Source: Promethearchaeota archaeon
Lineage (GTDB): Archaea; Asgardarchaeota; Lokiarchaeia; Sigyniarchaeales; SOKP01
DNA length: 64,000 nucleotides
Assembly: GCA_016840085.1 (NCBI GenBank)
Contig: JAEOTA010000081.1
Coordinates: 1-64,000 of the forward strand
Direction of reading: 5' to 3'
This document shows, in pieces, positions 31,595 through 43,238 of this stretch. The position numbers were made by a program, and so were the translations under genes. Position 1 is the first letter of the stretch, and every line of letters begins with the position of its first letter. The notes under the pieces are model-generated. The model saw only the letters and a list, made by a program, of their open reading frames with translations, did not search any database and was not told where the DNA came from.

Positions 31595-32619
31595 TTATTC
31601 AAGTAGATCTCCAACTTTATTAGGATCTTGGATAAGTCCCGCAAATGCCTGAGTCCGTTCAGTTGAATTTTTAAATGTTCCATAGGGATTTTCTGCTATG
31701 AATCTATAGGTCATTTTCTTAACATTTCGCTTGTCTTTCCATGCTTCTAAGGATGGGAAGTAATGATAATAAAATGCGCCTGTAAATCCGATAAGACACA
31801 GGGGTATTATTATAAGGAAAAAGATACTGAGTAATGGATGAAATATCCAGACATATACTTCAGAAAATTTAAATATTGTAAATATAATATAGGTAGCAAG
31901 GTCGCAAAAATGAAAAACAGGCCATGTCTGTGAATGAAATAGTGCCAATTTTTAACTTGTCGGTAATGTATCGCTAATCCTATGGCAATAAACGATAACA
32001 GTACAATTGTCGTTATACCAGTATAGTCATGTAAGAATTGAAATTCTGGAAAGAAGGCTCAAATGGACATAAATAAGATTGAAAATAGCACTGAGGGAAA
32101 AAAGAGATACATCCCAACTTTTTCTTTAGGTAATAGTTTTACGGGTAATTCTAGTCGTTCTTTCTTGATCTTAATTTTTTCAGGCTTTTCTCTTGTAAAC
32201 CTTTTCTTTAATACTGGTGCAATTAATTCTTTTTCTTTTGTAATCGCTTCTACTTGTTCGATTTCTTGCTCAATAGGAGATTCTAGATAAGTTAGGAATT
32301 CATTGCGCCATTCTTCTAAGGTAGTAAAGATCTTATCTTGATACTTACTTTCAAAATAATCTTCGGTCTCTCCAAGATCTTTTAACATATCATAATCAGA
32401 CTCAATCTGACTTTTTAGATTATCTTTAAATTTATCTATTTCATCAGTCTTTTTATATATACTCTCTTTATAGAGCAAATCTCTTTGTTTTTGATAAGAT
32501 AATAAATATTTATAGAGTCCAAAAACAATAGAGGTAGTAGTTACTATTGAATCATCAATACCTAAAAAATCTGAAAGCTCTTTTATCCGTTGATTGACCT
32601 TTTTATGAATTTCTGTCAT
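31595..32619 (-). pseudogene. Disrupted membrane-protein gene (premature TGA at 32059-32061 plus a frameshift near 31950)
   Basis: Hydrophobic reading continues past the TGA (AFFPEFQFLHDYTGITTIVLLSFIAIGL) and then switches to the frame of ORF 31595-31948 around an A-run. Confidence 0.6.
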
Positions 32620-32945
32620 TCTGACTCATCATTTTAATATTTAATTTGTATTTTTATCTTTACTAATAATATTCCTACAATAATTAAAGGAAAACTCCCC
32701 TATTTAAAATTTATAATATGAAAAAACCCAGGTGAATTTTCATGGTGAAAATTGAATCAGAACGGTTGGCGTTGTTACATCTATAACTCAGGTAAAACTT
32801 AATATATTAGCACAATACGTCTTATAGCAATGTCTTTACCAAAGATGTATTCTATATCAAGTGAATACTGGAGTCTCATTTCTACTTTCCATTGCTCATT
32901 TGAGAGAGCATATTAATCCAAATTTATAAAAAAGAAAAAAAGTGA

Positions 32946-33114
32946 TTAGATACAAAATTCAGTGATGGCGAAATGATCTGATCAGAATTTGTTTCATAAT
33001 CATTAAAAATAAGGATTTCCCAAACCAAATAAATTAGAACACCTTAATTTCCGATGGAAAATGATTTAGGAATGGCGAAAGATTTAAAACCCATCACTGG
33101 GTTTTGTAACTACC
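32946..33114. mobile_element. Degenerate MITE-like element with terminal inverted repeats
   Basis: TACAAAATTCAGTGATGG (32951-32968) versus CCATCACTGGGTTTTGTA(ACTACC) (33091-33114); solo copy of the same end at about 29278-29302. Confidence 0.6.
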
Positions 33115-33142
33115 CAAAATAGAGTGTATATAAAATTTAAAA

Positions 33143-33523
33143 ATGATTGAAAAACGATTAAATAATAATTTCTTGAATGAATTTAGAGATTATGCTTTTT
33201 CTAAAATTAAAGAAGATAAATTATACCTTGTTGGATCCACACGATTTAAAGATTATTTCATAAAAATTGAATCAGTATTACAGATTAAATATAAGAAATT
33301 AGTTTCAATTTGTTCTATTGATGGATTATTAAATAAGGAAAAATTTTCAACCGAAGAATGGGAAATATTACAGGAAATTGCTTTAAGAAAGTTAGAGAAT
33401 CAGGAAGCTATCCTAATATTAGATGTAAATGATTATATTGGGCAGCATTCAAGAGAAGAAATTGAATATTTTAAAAATCGTCTAAACCTTCCTGTCTATT
33501 ACTTATCAAATTTAAAAGTTTGA
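33143..33523 (+). CDS. Hypothetical protein
   Basis: LYLVGSTRF...YIG.HSREEIEY pattern, possibly nucleoside deoxyribosyltransferase-like fold. Confidence 0.6.
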   Translation: MIEKRLNNNFLNEFRDYAFSKIKEDKLYLVGSTRFKDYFIKIESVLQIKYKKLVSICSIDGLLNKEKFSTEEWEILQEIALRKLENQEAILILDVNDYIGQHSREEIEYFKNRLNLPVYYLSNLKV

Positions 33524-33722
33524 ATAACTTAAGATTAAATTCAATCTCCCAAAGATTTCCGTCGGCTATATAAACAAAAAATTCATAAAAAAGCGTCTAA
33601 AATTTTCAAATAAATTATTAAATCAATTAAGTCGTCAAATTAAAAATAAAAAGTTGACTTTAAATCGTAGAAAAATCAAATAATGAGAAGGAAAGTTAAA
33701 ATATTAAGGGTTTAAAATTATA

Positions 33723-34688
33723 ATGGAATTGTTCCAAATATTTTGGGACGATCAGAAAAACTTATTCTTAGAGTTTAAAAAAGATGAGGAAGAAAAACAA
33801 CTTCTACTTCCTAAGAAAATAAGAACAATAAATTTACAATTTGAAATTTCTAAAAATATACGGCAAAAATCGCCACCTTATTTAATTTCAATACATAGAT
33901 TATATTACACTGCAGAGACATTTTCATTTACTATTGAATTGGATGAGTTAGCTAATGTTGATGAACTTCACATTAAAATTTTGCGTATAGTAATTATATT
34001 AATTTCTGGTCAGCGAATCCAGTATACTTTTACACAGAGCTTTAGCATGTCTGATATTACCCTCAATGAAGATTGCTATATTGGGTATAATTATGAAGAT
34101 TTGAAATTGAAACCTAATATTAAAAACAAGATAACTCAAGAAAAAATTTTTCATGAGATTAAAACAAATATAGATGGCAACGAAGAACGAAGAACTGAAA
34201 TCTATGAAAAAAGTAAAGTGGAGGAGGTTATTAAGGATAATGGTTTAATATCAATGATCTACGAAAGTAATAAAACATTGAAAAGCATTGCGCAAGAATT
34301 AAAAAACATATCTTTGACTTTACAGAATTTACCTAATAATGTTGTTTCATATAGCTCTTCGGTTCCGGTTATTAATAGTCAAAAAGGGGGAATTGAAAGG
34401 ATAAAAATACCTATGAAACCAGCTTTAATTCAAGGACAAATGTCTTCAGCGAAATTAATGGTGATTAGAGAAATGAAGTCTATATTTGAACAAAGTATTG
34501 ATGAGAATTCTAACTTTAATGTTAAAGCTATATTAAAACCTTTAGCTGAAGATGAACTAAAAGATATAACGCTCAATGATGATGAGTTAAAGAAAAGAGA
34601 AGAAGTAGCAATAAATAATCAGATTATAAGGCTTAAAAAACATCATGAACAAGAAATTCAATTGGAAGATTTGAAAAAACCTGAATAA
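33723..34688 (+). CDS. Hypothetical protein
   Basis: ORF track. Confidence 0.65.
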   Translation: MELFQIFWDDQKNLFLEFKKDEEEKQLLLPKKIRTINLQFEISKNIRQKSPPYLISIHRLYYTAETFSFTIELDELANVDELHIKILRIVIILISGQRIQYTFTQSFSMSDITLNEDCYIGYNYEDLKLKPNIKNKITQEKIFHEIKTNIDGNEERRTEIYEKSKVEEVIKDNGLISMIYESNKTLKSIAQELKNISLTLQNLPNNVVSYSSSVPVINSQKGGIERIKIPMKPALIQGQMSSAKLMVIREMKSIFEQSIDENSNFNVKAILKPLAEDELKDITLNDDELKKREEVAINNQIIRLKKHHEQEIQLEDLKKPE

Positions 34689-34830
34689 AATATAATCCTC
34701 CTTACATTTAAAAAGCCTCATCTACTACAAAATGAATAACTATTATAACTTTGAGTTTATTAACAAATTTTAATTATTTTTAAATATTTAGATAAAAAAG
34801 AGGAAAATAATTCCATAGAGGTTAAGAAAA

Positions 34831-35607
34831 ATTTTACTGAACTATTTTATCGGAACTGCCGGAAGTGGAAAAAGTACATTAACTGGAGAATTAAAAGAAT
34901 ATATGATAAATAGAGATCCAGAAATTTCTGCGATTACTTTAAATTTAGACCCTGGAGTTAGGATAATATCGTATGCTCCGGATATTGATATCAGAGATTA
35001 TCTTATTCTTGAAGAAGTTATGGAAGAATACGGTTTGGGTCCTAATGGTGCAATGATTTTAGCGTCTGATCTAATGGTCAATTATTTAGATGAATTAAAA
35101 GACGAAATCGATGAATTCAATCCTGATTGGGTATTTGTGGACACTGCTGGACAACTTGAGCTTTTTGCATTTCGTGAGACAGGGCCATTAATTGCAAGTG
35201 CTTTAGGATTTGGCGACGTTCAGAGGGCTGTATCGTTTCTTTTTGATTCTAATTTTGTTTTACGACCAAATGGATTTATATCTACTTTACTTCTAGCTGC
35301 TTCTGTACAATTTAGGTTTAGAAACATATCACAAATAAATGTCTTATCTAAGGTTGATCTCATTGATGAAGATCAAATCAAAATGATCGTTAATTGGAGT
35401 CAAGATTTCCAAGCTTTAGAAGATTCTACTAGTGAAAGAGAAAAAGGATTAATACGAGAATTATCTATGTTGATATCTGAAGTATTTGTCCAAATGGGTT
35501 CGACAAGTGAATTAATTCCTTGTTCAATCAAGGAAGAACAAGGTTTAGATCTCCTATTTGGGCATCTACAGAGAGTTTTCGATTCCGACAAATCAAGTTT
35601 TTATTAA
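34831..35607 (+). CDS. GPN-loop GTPase, probable ATT start
   Basis: Walker A GTAGSGKST lies upstream of the first ATG; NLDPG, LGPNGA and DTAGQLELF motifs; TAG at 34816 then SD GAGGT and ATT 34831. Confidence 0.9.
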   Translation: MLLNYFIGTAGSGKSTLTGELKEYMINRDPEISAITLNLDPGVRIISYAPDIDIRDYLILEEVMEEYGLGPNGAMILASDLMVNYLDELKDEIDEFNPDWVFVDTAGQLELFAFRETGPLIASALGFGDVQRAVSFLFDSNFVLRPNGFISTLLLAASVQFRFRNISQINVLSKVDLIDEDQIKMIVNWSQDFQALEDSTSEREKGLIRELSMLISEVFVQMGSTSELIPCSIKEEQGLDLLFGHLQRVFDSDKSSFY

Positions 35608-35657
35608 TTATCTTTAATTTTAGAAAATAATTCAATGAAAAATTTTTTAAAAAGACA

Positions 35658-36755
35658 ATGAAGATAATAGGGCCAATCGCGGGAATAGGGAGTAGATTAC
35701 GTCCCTTTACCTTTAATAAGCCAAAAGCATTTATACGAGTTGCAGGTAAGACAATATTAGAACATATATTAGATAAATTAACCTATACATTTGATTTAGA
35801 TACTGAGTTAATCCTAATAGTTGGATATAAGAAAAGACAAATTATGGAATATATTAAAAAGAATTATAGCAATAAATTTAAACTTACCTTTATTGAACAA
35901 ATCCCACGTGGGTATAAGGAAGATATTCCGTATTATTGGGGCCTTGGAGAAGCTGTATATTTAGCACACAGAAGATTTGGAAAAAAGGAATTTAAATCTA
36001 ATGAAGAGAATAAAAGAGCGGGATCTCTGATTTTTCTAAGTGATATGATATCGATTGACGAATATTCATATTTAATGTATAGATATTATGAATCTGGCGT
36101 AGATGGGATAATAACTGTTATGGAAGTCTCAAAAGAAAATGCCAGCTCTTACGGTATTGTTGTTGTTGATAAAGATAATATTATAACAAAATTAGTAGAA
36201 AAACCAAAAGAGTATATCTCAAATCTTGCTATCGTAGGAATTTATGCCTTCTCTAATACTACGACTCTCGCTCTTTTTAGAAATTTAAAAAAATATTTAG
36301 ATCAGAGAGATGAAGATTCTGGTGAAGTTTATATGACTGAGAGCTTACAAGATTTAGTAAATGATGGATTTAAAATATCGGCTGTTACCCATAAGCAAGG
36401 AGTCCTTGATTTTGGAAGACCCTCTGAATTATTAAATGGAAATAGATACCTTTTGGAAACTTATTCTGTTAAAAGAGAAGATTTTCAAGAATTAAACATA
36501 TCTGTTGAACGATCTCATCTAAAAAATCCTATTAATATTGGAAAAAACACAAAAATCATTAATTCCGTCATAGGACCATATGTTTCAATAGGGAATGATT
36601 CATATATATCGAATTCTATATTAAATGATTGTGTTATTGAAAAGAGAGTTATTTTAGAAAATATAATTAGTGAAAATTCAATTATAGGAAGCGATGTAAG
36701 AATTGAGAATATAAGCAAAGATAATTTAATTATTGGAGATAAGAGCTCCTACTAA
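35658..36755 (+). CDS. Sugar-phosphate nucleotidyltransferase (glucose-1-phosphate thymidylyltransferase-like)
   Basis: AGIGSRLRPFT..PK, VEKP, C-terminal hexapeptide repeats. Confidence 0.9.
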   Translation: MKIIGPIAGIGSRLRPFTFNKPKAFIRVAGKTILEHILDKLTYTFDLDTELILIVGYKKRQIMEYIKKNYSNKFKLTFIEQIPRGYKEDIPYYWGLGEAVYLAHRRFGKKEFKSNEENKRAGSLIFLSDMISIDEYSYLMYRYYESGVDGIITVMEVSKENASSYGIVVVDKDNIITKLVEKPKEYISNLAIVGIYAFSNTTTLALFRNLKKYLDQRDEDSGEVYMTESLQDLVNDGFKISAVTHKQGVLDFGRPSELLNGNRYLLETYSVKREDFQELNISVERSHLKNPINIGKNTKIINSVIGPYVSIGNDSYISNSILNDCVIEKRVILENIISENSIIGSDVRIENISKDNLIIGDKSSY

Positions 36756-36951
36756 AAAAGCTCTATCCTACGAAAAGTGCATCTATTAACCGGCTTTCTC
36801 ATAATATTATATTAAAATTCTAAATTTACGAATTGTAATTTCTAAATATTATTATTAAATATTAAAATATAGAAAGATTAAAATACTAATTAATAATAAC
36901 AAGATTTTGATTATATAAAAAATATAATTATTACATGGAATATGATTAGTC

Positions 36952-38334
36952 ATGTCATATCATATCGCGTTCGATATTGCTCATAAACCAAGAGGTCAAA
37001 TTGATGAAAACCTTACTGAGATACGAGATCATCTCAATTCGAATGGTTTTGTATGTTATAACTTTTTAGAAGTTCCAATTACAGAAGAATCATTAATACC
37101 GTATGATATCTTAGTTTTTGTTTGTCCCGATTTTGCTAAAATAGCGCCTCTGGAAATTACTGAAATTATTAATTGGGTTACGAATTCTGGAGGAGGTTTG
37201 TTATTATTATCTCATGCTGGTGGAGATAGAGGGCGAGGAAGTAATCTGTCTGAAATCTCTGAGCAATTTGGGATAGCTTTTGAAAGTGATCAAGTTCTAG
37301 ACGAAAGAACTAATTTAGGAATAGAAAATATTCCGTTAATCTCTACTTTTAATATACCACATCCAATAACTGCTGATATAGATACTATATGCTATAGATC
37401 AGGGTGTTCACTTACTATTATTGGTAGTGGTGCATTAGCAATTGCATCATCTAATGAAAGTTCAGAGCCATTTTCTTGTCCCTTGATATGTGTGTCAGAC
37501 CTAGGAAATGGTAGAGTATGTTGTATTGGAAGTTATGAAATGTTTAGAGATAATATCGGCGGAGGTTTTCAATGCAGTGATCATCCAAATTTAGCTATAA
37601 ATATGTTTAAATGGCTCGTTTCTGACTATCGCATGGAATTAAGGGCAACTATTGATGTTCCAACCCCTATTCCTCAAAGATCTGATATTTCAACTTCAGT
37701 TATAGAACAACCAGACTATTCACGCATTTCTACTCCTAGTGAAAAAAGAAAAATAGATATTGATTTTTCAATGAAAATTTCTAAAAAAAGTGAGTTAATG
37801 GAATTATTAAAGATATTTCAAACTCAACTTACTACAATTAAAACTACAATCGATAAATTAATAGAAACAGCTTCTATCTCTCAAGACGACGTAATGGAGT
37901 TAAAAAATATAGAAATCTCCCAAGTGCCTGAAAAAAAAGGAGTAGATGAAGAAGTTTCACTAGAACCATCTCAAACTCCAGAAAAAGTTGATACAAAAAG
38001 TATTCTACAAGAACTTGCAAATATAGATCCTACATTAACAGATTTACCTCCAAAACCAGAAAGTATGAAAAAGGAAGAAACTGATGAATTAGGATTGAAA
38101 CCTGTTCCTAAACTTAAAACAAAAGATAAAAGTAAAAAAGAATTAAAAAGTGAAAAGAAAGGTTTGGAAACAAAATTAACTTCTGTTAAAGACCTATTAA
38201 ATTTTATTGATAAAAAGCACTCTTCGGGGGCATTAGATGATGAGGAATATGCTAAACGCTCCAAAAAATTACAAAAAGATTTAAAGAAAACTAAGAAAAG
38301 AATTGATATTCTCGATAAATTATTAGTAAAGTAA
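36952..38334 (+). CDS. GIFT/IFT52-like (GldG/DUF4350-type) domain protein with a coiled-coil C-terminus
   Basis: FDIAH, GGGLLLL, FGIAF, HPIT, GNGRV..IGS..MF...N...N.F.WL pattern. Confidence 0.65.
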   Translation: MSYHIAFDIAHKPRGQIDENLTEIRDHLNSNGFVCYNFLEVPITEESLIPYDILVFVCPDFAKIAPLEITEIINWVTNSGGGLLLLSHAGGDRGRGSNLSEISEQFGIAFESDQVLDERTNLGIENIPLISTFNIPHPITADIDTICYRSGCSLTIIGSGALAIASSNESSEPFSCPLICVSDLGNGRVCCIGSYEMFRDNIGGGFQCSDHPNLAINMFKWLVSDYRMELRATIDVPTPIPQRSDISTSVIEQPDYSRISTPSEKRKIDIDFSMKISKKSELMELLKIFQTQLTTIKTTIDKLIETASISQDDVMELKNIEISQVPEKKGVDEEVSLEPSQTPEKVDTKSILQELANIDPTLTDLPPKPESMKKEETDELGLKPVPKLKTKDKSKKELKSEKKGLETKLTSVKDLLNFIDKKHSSGALDDEEYAKRSKKLQKDLKKTKKRIDILDKLLVK

Positions 38335-38362
38335 TTATTAAAAAAGTTATTAAAATAATTTC

Positions 38363-39679
38363 TTAATTTTTAGGTTTAAATTCATCTGGAACGTACGGTT
38401 GAGCATAGTGATTCACAATTTCAAAGAATTCCCTATCACTCACACCTTTAGTAATTTTTTTTAATTCTTCTTTAATAATATTAAAAGATGCTCTTAATTC
38501 TTCCTTAGATGTAGATTCATGCTTTCTTTTTACATCAGTAACAATCTTTTTAATAATCTCATCGGGAATATCTAAATCAAGAACCTTAATTTTTTGCTTT
38601 AAAGCATGTAGAATTGATTTAGAACCTGAAAACTTGCCCAAATAAAATTTTCTCCTCCTTCCAACCATACGAGGATTAATAGGTTCATATGTTAAGGGAT
38701 GTGCTAGTATTGCTGCTATATGAAGTCCACTTTCATGCGAAAATGCATAATCTCCAACTATTGGTTTATATTGTGATAAAGGTTTGCAAAAATACTTTTC
38801 ACATATCTCACTTAATTCGGGTAATTTTGTTAAATCTATTCCTGTTTTGATTCCTACTCTCTCTAATATTGTGGCAACTTCTTCCAAAGCAGCATTTCCA
38901 GCGCGTTCTCCATATCCATTAATGCATGTATGAGGATATTGGCACCCTTCAAATACTCCTGTAATAGTATTCGCCACAGCTAATCCAAAATCATTATGGG
39001 TATGGATCCCCATTGGGACTTTCTGTTTTAATGGATTTATTATTTCCTCTTTTATCCGTTTTATTAAATAAGAAGTTGATTGTGGTGTTAAGATCCCAAC
39101 TGTATCCCCTAATACTATCCGTTCTGCTCCAGCTTTAATTGCAGTATTAAAAACATCTTTAAGATGTATAAAATCACATCGTGTTCCATCTTCAGAAACC
39201 CAATTGATTTTAAGACCATTATCTTTTGCATAATGAATAGCTGATTTAATCTGTTTTAATTGTTCATCTGCTGTCTGTTTTAAGGTTTTTCTAAAAATAG
39301 GAGATATTGGCATAAATATAACGATTTCTTTAAGATCTGCATCAATACATGCATTAATATCATCTTTCCGTGGTCTAGCTATTCCCAATATTGTTGATCT
39401 TTTGAGATTCTCCTTTACAATGGACTTTACAATTTTCTTTTCTGAATCTGAAACAGCTGGAAAACCTACTGCTATTAATTTTACACCTATTTCATCCATT
39501 AATTTAGTTAAATGAATTTTTTCATCAAGAGTTAAATAAACCGTTGGGCTCTGTTCACCATCTCTAAGAGTTTCATCCCAAATCTCAACTTTATCGGGTA
39601 AATCGTATTTTTCTAATACGATTTCATTGTAATCGATTAACAATTCTCTAAGTTCTTCCTTTGTAAATTTATATGACAT
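38363..39679 (-). CDS. Homocitrate / 2-isopropylmalate / citramalate synthase family protein
   Basis: DETLRDGEQ, HTHNDFGLAVAN, GERAGNA and HESGLH motifs. Confidence 0.9.
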   Translation of the reverse strand: MSYKFTKEELRELLIDYNEIVLEKYDLPDKVEIWDETLRDGEQSPTVYLTLDEKIHLTKLMDEIGVKLIAVGFPAVSDSEKKIVKSIVKENLKRSTILGIARPRKDDINACIDADLKEIVIFMPISPIFRKTLKQTADEQLKQIKSAIHYAKDNGLKINWVSEDGTRCDFIHLKDVFNTAIKAGAERIVLGDTVGILTPQSTSYLIKRIKEEIINPLKQKVPMGIHTHNDFGLAVANTITGVFEGCQYPHTCINGYGERAGNAALEEVATILERVGIKTGIDLTKLPELSEICEKYFCKPLSQYKPIVGDYAFSHESGLHIAAILAHPLTYEPINPRMVGRRRKFYLGKFSGSKSILHALKQKIKVLDLDIPDEIIKKIVTDVKRKHESTSKEELRASFNIIKEELKKITKGVSDREFFEIVNHYAQPYVPDEFKPKN

Positions 39680-39965
39680 ACTTTGCGCCTTAATATTATT
39701 GATGATAATAAAAATTATGGAAGGCAAATAAACTTCATTTTTAAAAATAAAAAAGCTCTACTTGATAAAGCAATAATAATTTTGAAAATTGAAAAAAATT
39801 TTGAAAAGAAAAAATTTATGCTGTTTATCAGTGTAAAATCAAATTTTCTGAGAAAAAAGATTTAAATCTTCAATTTCTGGAAGATCGATATTAAAGTATA
39901 TGCTTAACTGAATTAATATTGAACTGGTTGTAGCGAGGCACAAATATCGAATAATTGAAAAAGAT

Positions 39966-40394
39966 TTACTTTATCACATCTGTTATGAAGCAAGTTTCCA
40001 CTATCTTTACTCCTTTTATCTGAGAAATCTTTTCCTCAATCAGCGGATTGAATAACTCTATACTTCCGATTTCAACTTTCATAAAAAGACCACAATCCCC
40101 AGAAAGTCTCCAGATATTTGTAATTTCTTCTATTTCTAATAGCTCTTTTAATATTCTTTTTATTTCTTTGAAATCTGGTTCAACCTTTACAGTAGCTCTA
40201 GTACGTGGCTTATTATCTATATTATATTCAATAGTAAATTTCTTTATAACGCCCTCATCATTTAACTTTTTTACCCTTCTTCTAACTGTAGCTTCTGTTT
40301 TACCTACTTGTACTGAAATATCATTAAACGACATTCTACTATTATCTTTTAATAATTCGAGGATTTTGATATCAACTATGTCCATAATGATCAA
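39966..40394 (-). CDS. Lrp/AsnC transcriptional regulator
   Basis: DIKILELLKDNSRMSF...TVRRRVKKL...GVIKKFT. Confidence 0.9.
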   Translation of the reverse strand: MIIMDIVDIKILELLKDNSRMSFNDISVQVGKTEATVRRRVKKLNDEGVIKKFTIEYNIDNKPRTRATVKVEPDFKEIKRILKELLEIEEITNIWRLSGDCGLFMKVEIGSIELFNPLIEEKISQIKGVKIVETCFITDVIK

Positions 40395-40853
40395 ATTAAC
40401 TTTTATATTCTTTTTTTATAAGTAATTTATCTTAATTAATAAATATAATGATTTAATTATTAAAAAAAAAATAACAAATCTTTAATTTGATTCCCTAAAT
40501 CACAAATTTTATTCTCATTTGAAAAAATTCATGTTTGAAATATCCTAAATTAGTTTATTAAACTATTAATATAATCTCATAGTTTACTTTTTTTGATAAT
40601 TTTATTTGATTTGAATTTGGAATGCGAACTAAAAGTATCCATTTCTTACAATTTATATTACAAATTCTCATTATTTTGAAAATAGATGAAAATATTCATT
40701 TATCATTATAAAATGAGTTTATTCTGTAAATCCTTTTTTCAATAAATTTACTGCTTTTTCTTAAAAAAGAGCATAAAAAATAATATTGATATGTAATAAT
40801 AATATTAATAATACATAATTTCTGCAGATGGAAGATATTGAAAGTGGTAAAAT

Positions 40854-41648
40854 ATGTCAAAAGAAATTCCAGAAAACGTAAAGGAATCTTTAAAGGCTAT
40901 TGGGTTAACCGATTATGAGATAGCCATCTATTTAACTTTAATTTCTAAAGGTCCAATGGATGCTAGAGAACTTTCGGATGCGTCCGGTGTTCCCTACTCA
41001 CGGATATATAATATTCTTACACAGCTTGAAAAGGAGAAAATGTGGATAATAAAGGAGGAAGAATCCAGACCTAGTCGCTATTTTGCCAAATCACCTGATG
41101 AGGCTTTGGTTATTGCAAAAAAGCAATATAGTGATAGCTTTAACGATGACTCTAAAAAAATTATTCATACATTAACCCCAATTTATCAATCACATGACAC
41201 ACCAATAAAGATTGCCTTGTATGTTCACAGAGGTAGAGACGTTTGTATTAATCGAGCCCTCTCCTTAATTAATATGGCAAAAACATCACTTTATTTTACT
41301 TCTACGAAATATGAATTTTTAGAACTATTTTATGATGACATAAAGAAAGCCAGAGCTCGAGGTGTTACTGATTTAAAACTGTTAGTTGAGGCTGAATCTT
41401 TGGAAGATAAAAATATTAAAGCTTTACTTAAGAAATACAGCACTCTATGTGAAATAAAGTGGAGAGATCAAATTTTTGGAAGTTCAATAATAATAGATGA
41501 AGGAGAGGATGCATTCATAATTCTTTCAGAAAGATTTTTTCCTGAAAGAATGTCTTATTTTGGTATAGCTACTGATCATGTGGCGTTTGGACCATCAGCC
41601 TTGTATTATTTTAATTATCTTTATACCACAGCAAAAGAAGTAGATTGA
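40854..41648 (+). CDS. TrmB family transcriptional regulator
   Basis: LKAIGLTDYE...SGVPYSRIYNIL. Confidence 0.9.
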   Translation: MSKEIPENVKESLKAIGLTDYEIAIYLTLISKGPMDARELSDASGVPYSRIYNILTQLEKEKMWIIKEEESRPSRYFAKSPDEALVIAKKQYSDSFNDDSKKIIHTLTPIYQSHDTPIKIALYVHRGRDVCINRALSLINMAKTSLYFTSTKYEFLELFYDDIKKARARGVTDLKLLVEAESLEDKNIKALLKKYSTLCEIKWRDQIFGSSIIIDEGEDAFIILSERFFPERMSYFGIATDHVAFGPSALYYFNYLYTTAKEVD

Positions 41649-42020
41649 CATTTCAGCAAAACGGAGTCAATTAATAAATAATTCAACAACTTTGGAATAG
41701 ATTTGTAAAAAGGACACTATAAACTGCTTAAAATCGGTAATAGGAATTTTCCCCTATCTGAATAGTCTATCATTTTACTTCTTTCCCTCTTATTTGGTGT
41801 ATTTGGTAATTTTTTTAATACGCTTTACTTGGCAATTCGCACATACTAACCCTTCTGGATTCAGAGTGAGTCCGTTTTAAATTAATGTTCTGGTAGCACA
41901 ACAAAATTATCTCTATAAATCAGCTAAAGAAGCAAAATTAAATTAACCCATTTTGGAAAAATGAAGTTATTTGCTTCATTTTTAAAAAAAAGAATTAGAC
42001 TAAAATGAAATTAAAAATTT

Positions 42021-42275
42021 TTACCATTTAATACTTATTGCATTTTCTGGACATACATCAACACATTTAAGACAACGAGTACAAACGGATGGCCAAATTG
42101 CTGTTATTTTCCAATGCTTAGGATCATATATGTCTTCTTCCTGATTTTTTAAATCTTCATGCCTTAAAAATACACAAGGATCACAGACATTAAGACATCT
42201 AGCACATTCTCTTGGATCTACATTACCCTCAGGTCCACATTTTGAATAATCAATTTTTATTTTTGTTTTTCCCAT
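42021..42275 (-). CDS. Ferredoxin-like 4Fe-4S protein
   Basis: CARCLNVC and CTRCLKCVDVCP. Confidence 0.85.
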   Translation of the reverse strand: MGKTKIKIDYSKCGPEGNVDPRECARCLNVCDPCVFLRHEDLKNQEEDIYDPKHWKITAIWPSVCTRCLKCVDVCPENAISIKW

Positions 42276-42283
42276 AAGACCAC

Positions 42284-43153
42284 CTAAAAATGTCCATCAA
42301 ATCCCGGAAATTCTTGTCTTGGTATAAGCTTTAGAGCATCATGTTCGCAAGCATGACGACATACTCCACACCCAAAACACTTATTGTAATCAATTATAAC
42401 TCTCTTAATGGAGGGGATATAACGTATAGCATTCCATTGGCACATAGAAACACAAGCTTTACACCCTTGGCAATTGTCTTGATCTAAATGAATAATATAT
42501 TCTGCTTTGGACATTATCATTAAATCAAAATCGTTTCTCAATCGTAGTGCTCCACATTCAGGACTTTCACAATTACATATCGCATTTATATATGGGTAGG
42601 GTTGATACCAAACAGTAGATACTAATCCATTTTTGTTATGTTGCTCTATTCTTTCCATTGCTTCTTCCCGAGAGATACGATGTGCTCTCTCTTTTGGTAT
42701 AAATCTTGGGAGTTTTTCTAATACTTCTGAAAGTACTCCAAAATTAATACAACATTGATAATTTACACCTCTTTGCATCTTGCGACACATACAATATGTT
42801 TCAACAATAGGTTCCGCTGCTAGTTCAGAAAGAATAATCTGAGCATCTTCCATAGGAATTACTTGCCCAATATGACCATCTGCTCTAATAGGGTTTGGAT
42901 GTCTGATAGTGCCATGAATCATTCGCTCAACAGCCCAGCGAAGAATTTTTCCAATAATGGGCATTTGTAATTTATAACCCAGACCCTTGGAAGATAATCC
43001 CGCAATTTTTCGAATATATACAGCTTCAAAATTCATCCACTGCTCAGTTAGATATTCTTTAAGATTATGTTCGTCAGCAAGTTGATCTGAATAATTCTTT
43101 GCGTTTAAGTACCATTTATGCCCAATTCCATGTTTCATACACCATTTACACAT
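42284..43153 (-). CDS. 4Fe-4S binding protein
   Basis: MCKWC..HG, CMCR, ICNC and two C-terminal ferredoxin motifs. Confidence 0.85.
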   Translation of the reverse strand: MCKWCMKHGIGHKWYLNAKNYSDQLADEHNLKEYLTEQWMNFEAVYIRKIAGLSSKGLGYKLQMPIIGKILRWAVERMIHGTIRHPNPIRADGHIGQVIPMEDAQIILSELAAEPIVETYCMCRKMQRGVNYQCCINFGVLSEVLEKLPRFIPKERAHRISREEAMERIEQHNKNGLVSTVWYQPYPYINAICNCESPECGALRLRNDFDLMIMSKAEYIIHLDQDNCQGCKACVSMCQWNAIRYIPSIKRVIIDYNKCFGCGVCRHACEHDALKLIPRQEFPGFDGHF

Positions 43154-43238
43154 TTTTTTATCTCCTATAATTCTCAAAATATTTATTTCTTTATTTTAGA
43201 TTAAATGATAAATTATATAAAACTTTTAATTTTAAGAA

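Noticed and set aside
32059-32061. In-frame TGA in a membrane-protein gene as possible selenocysteine
   Set aside because: No redox motif context, no SECIS seen, and a frameshift follows; best explained as a pseudogene
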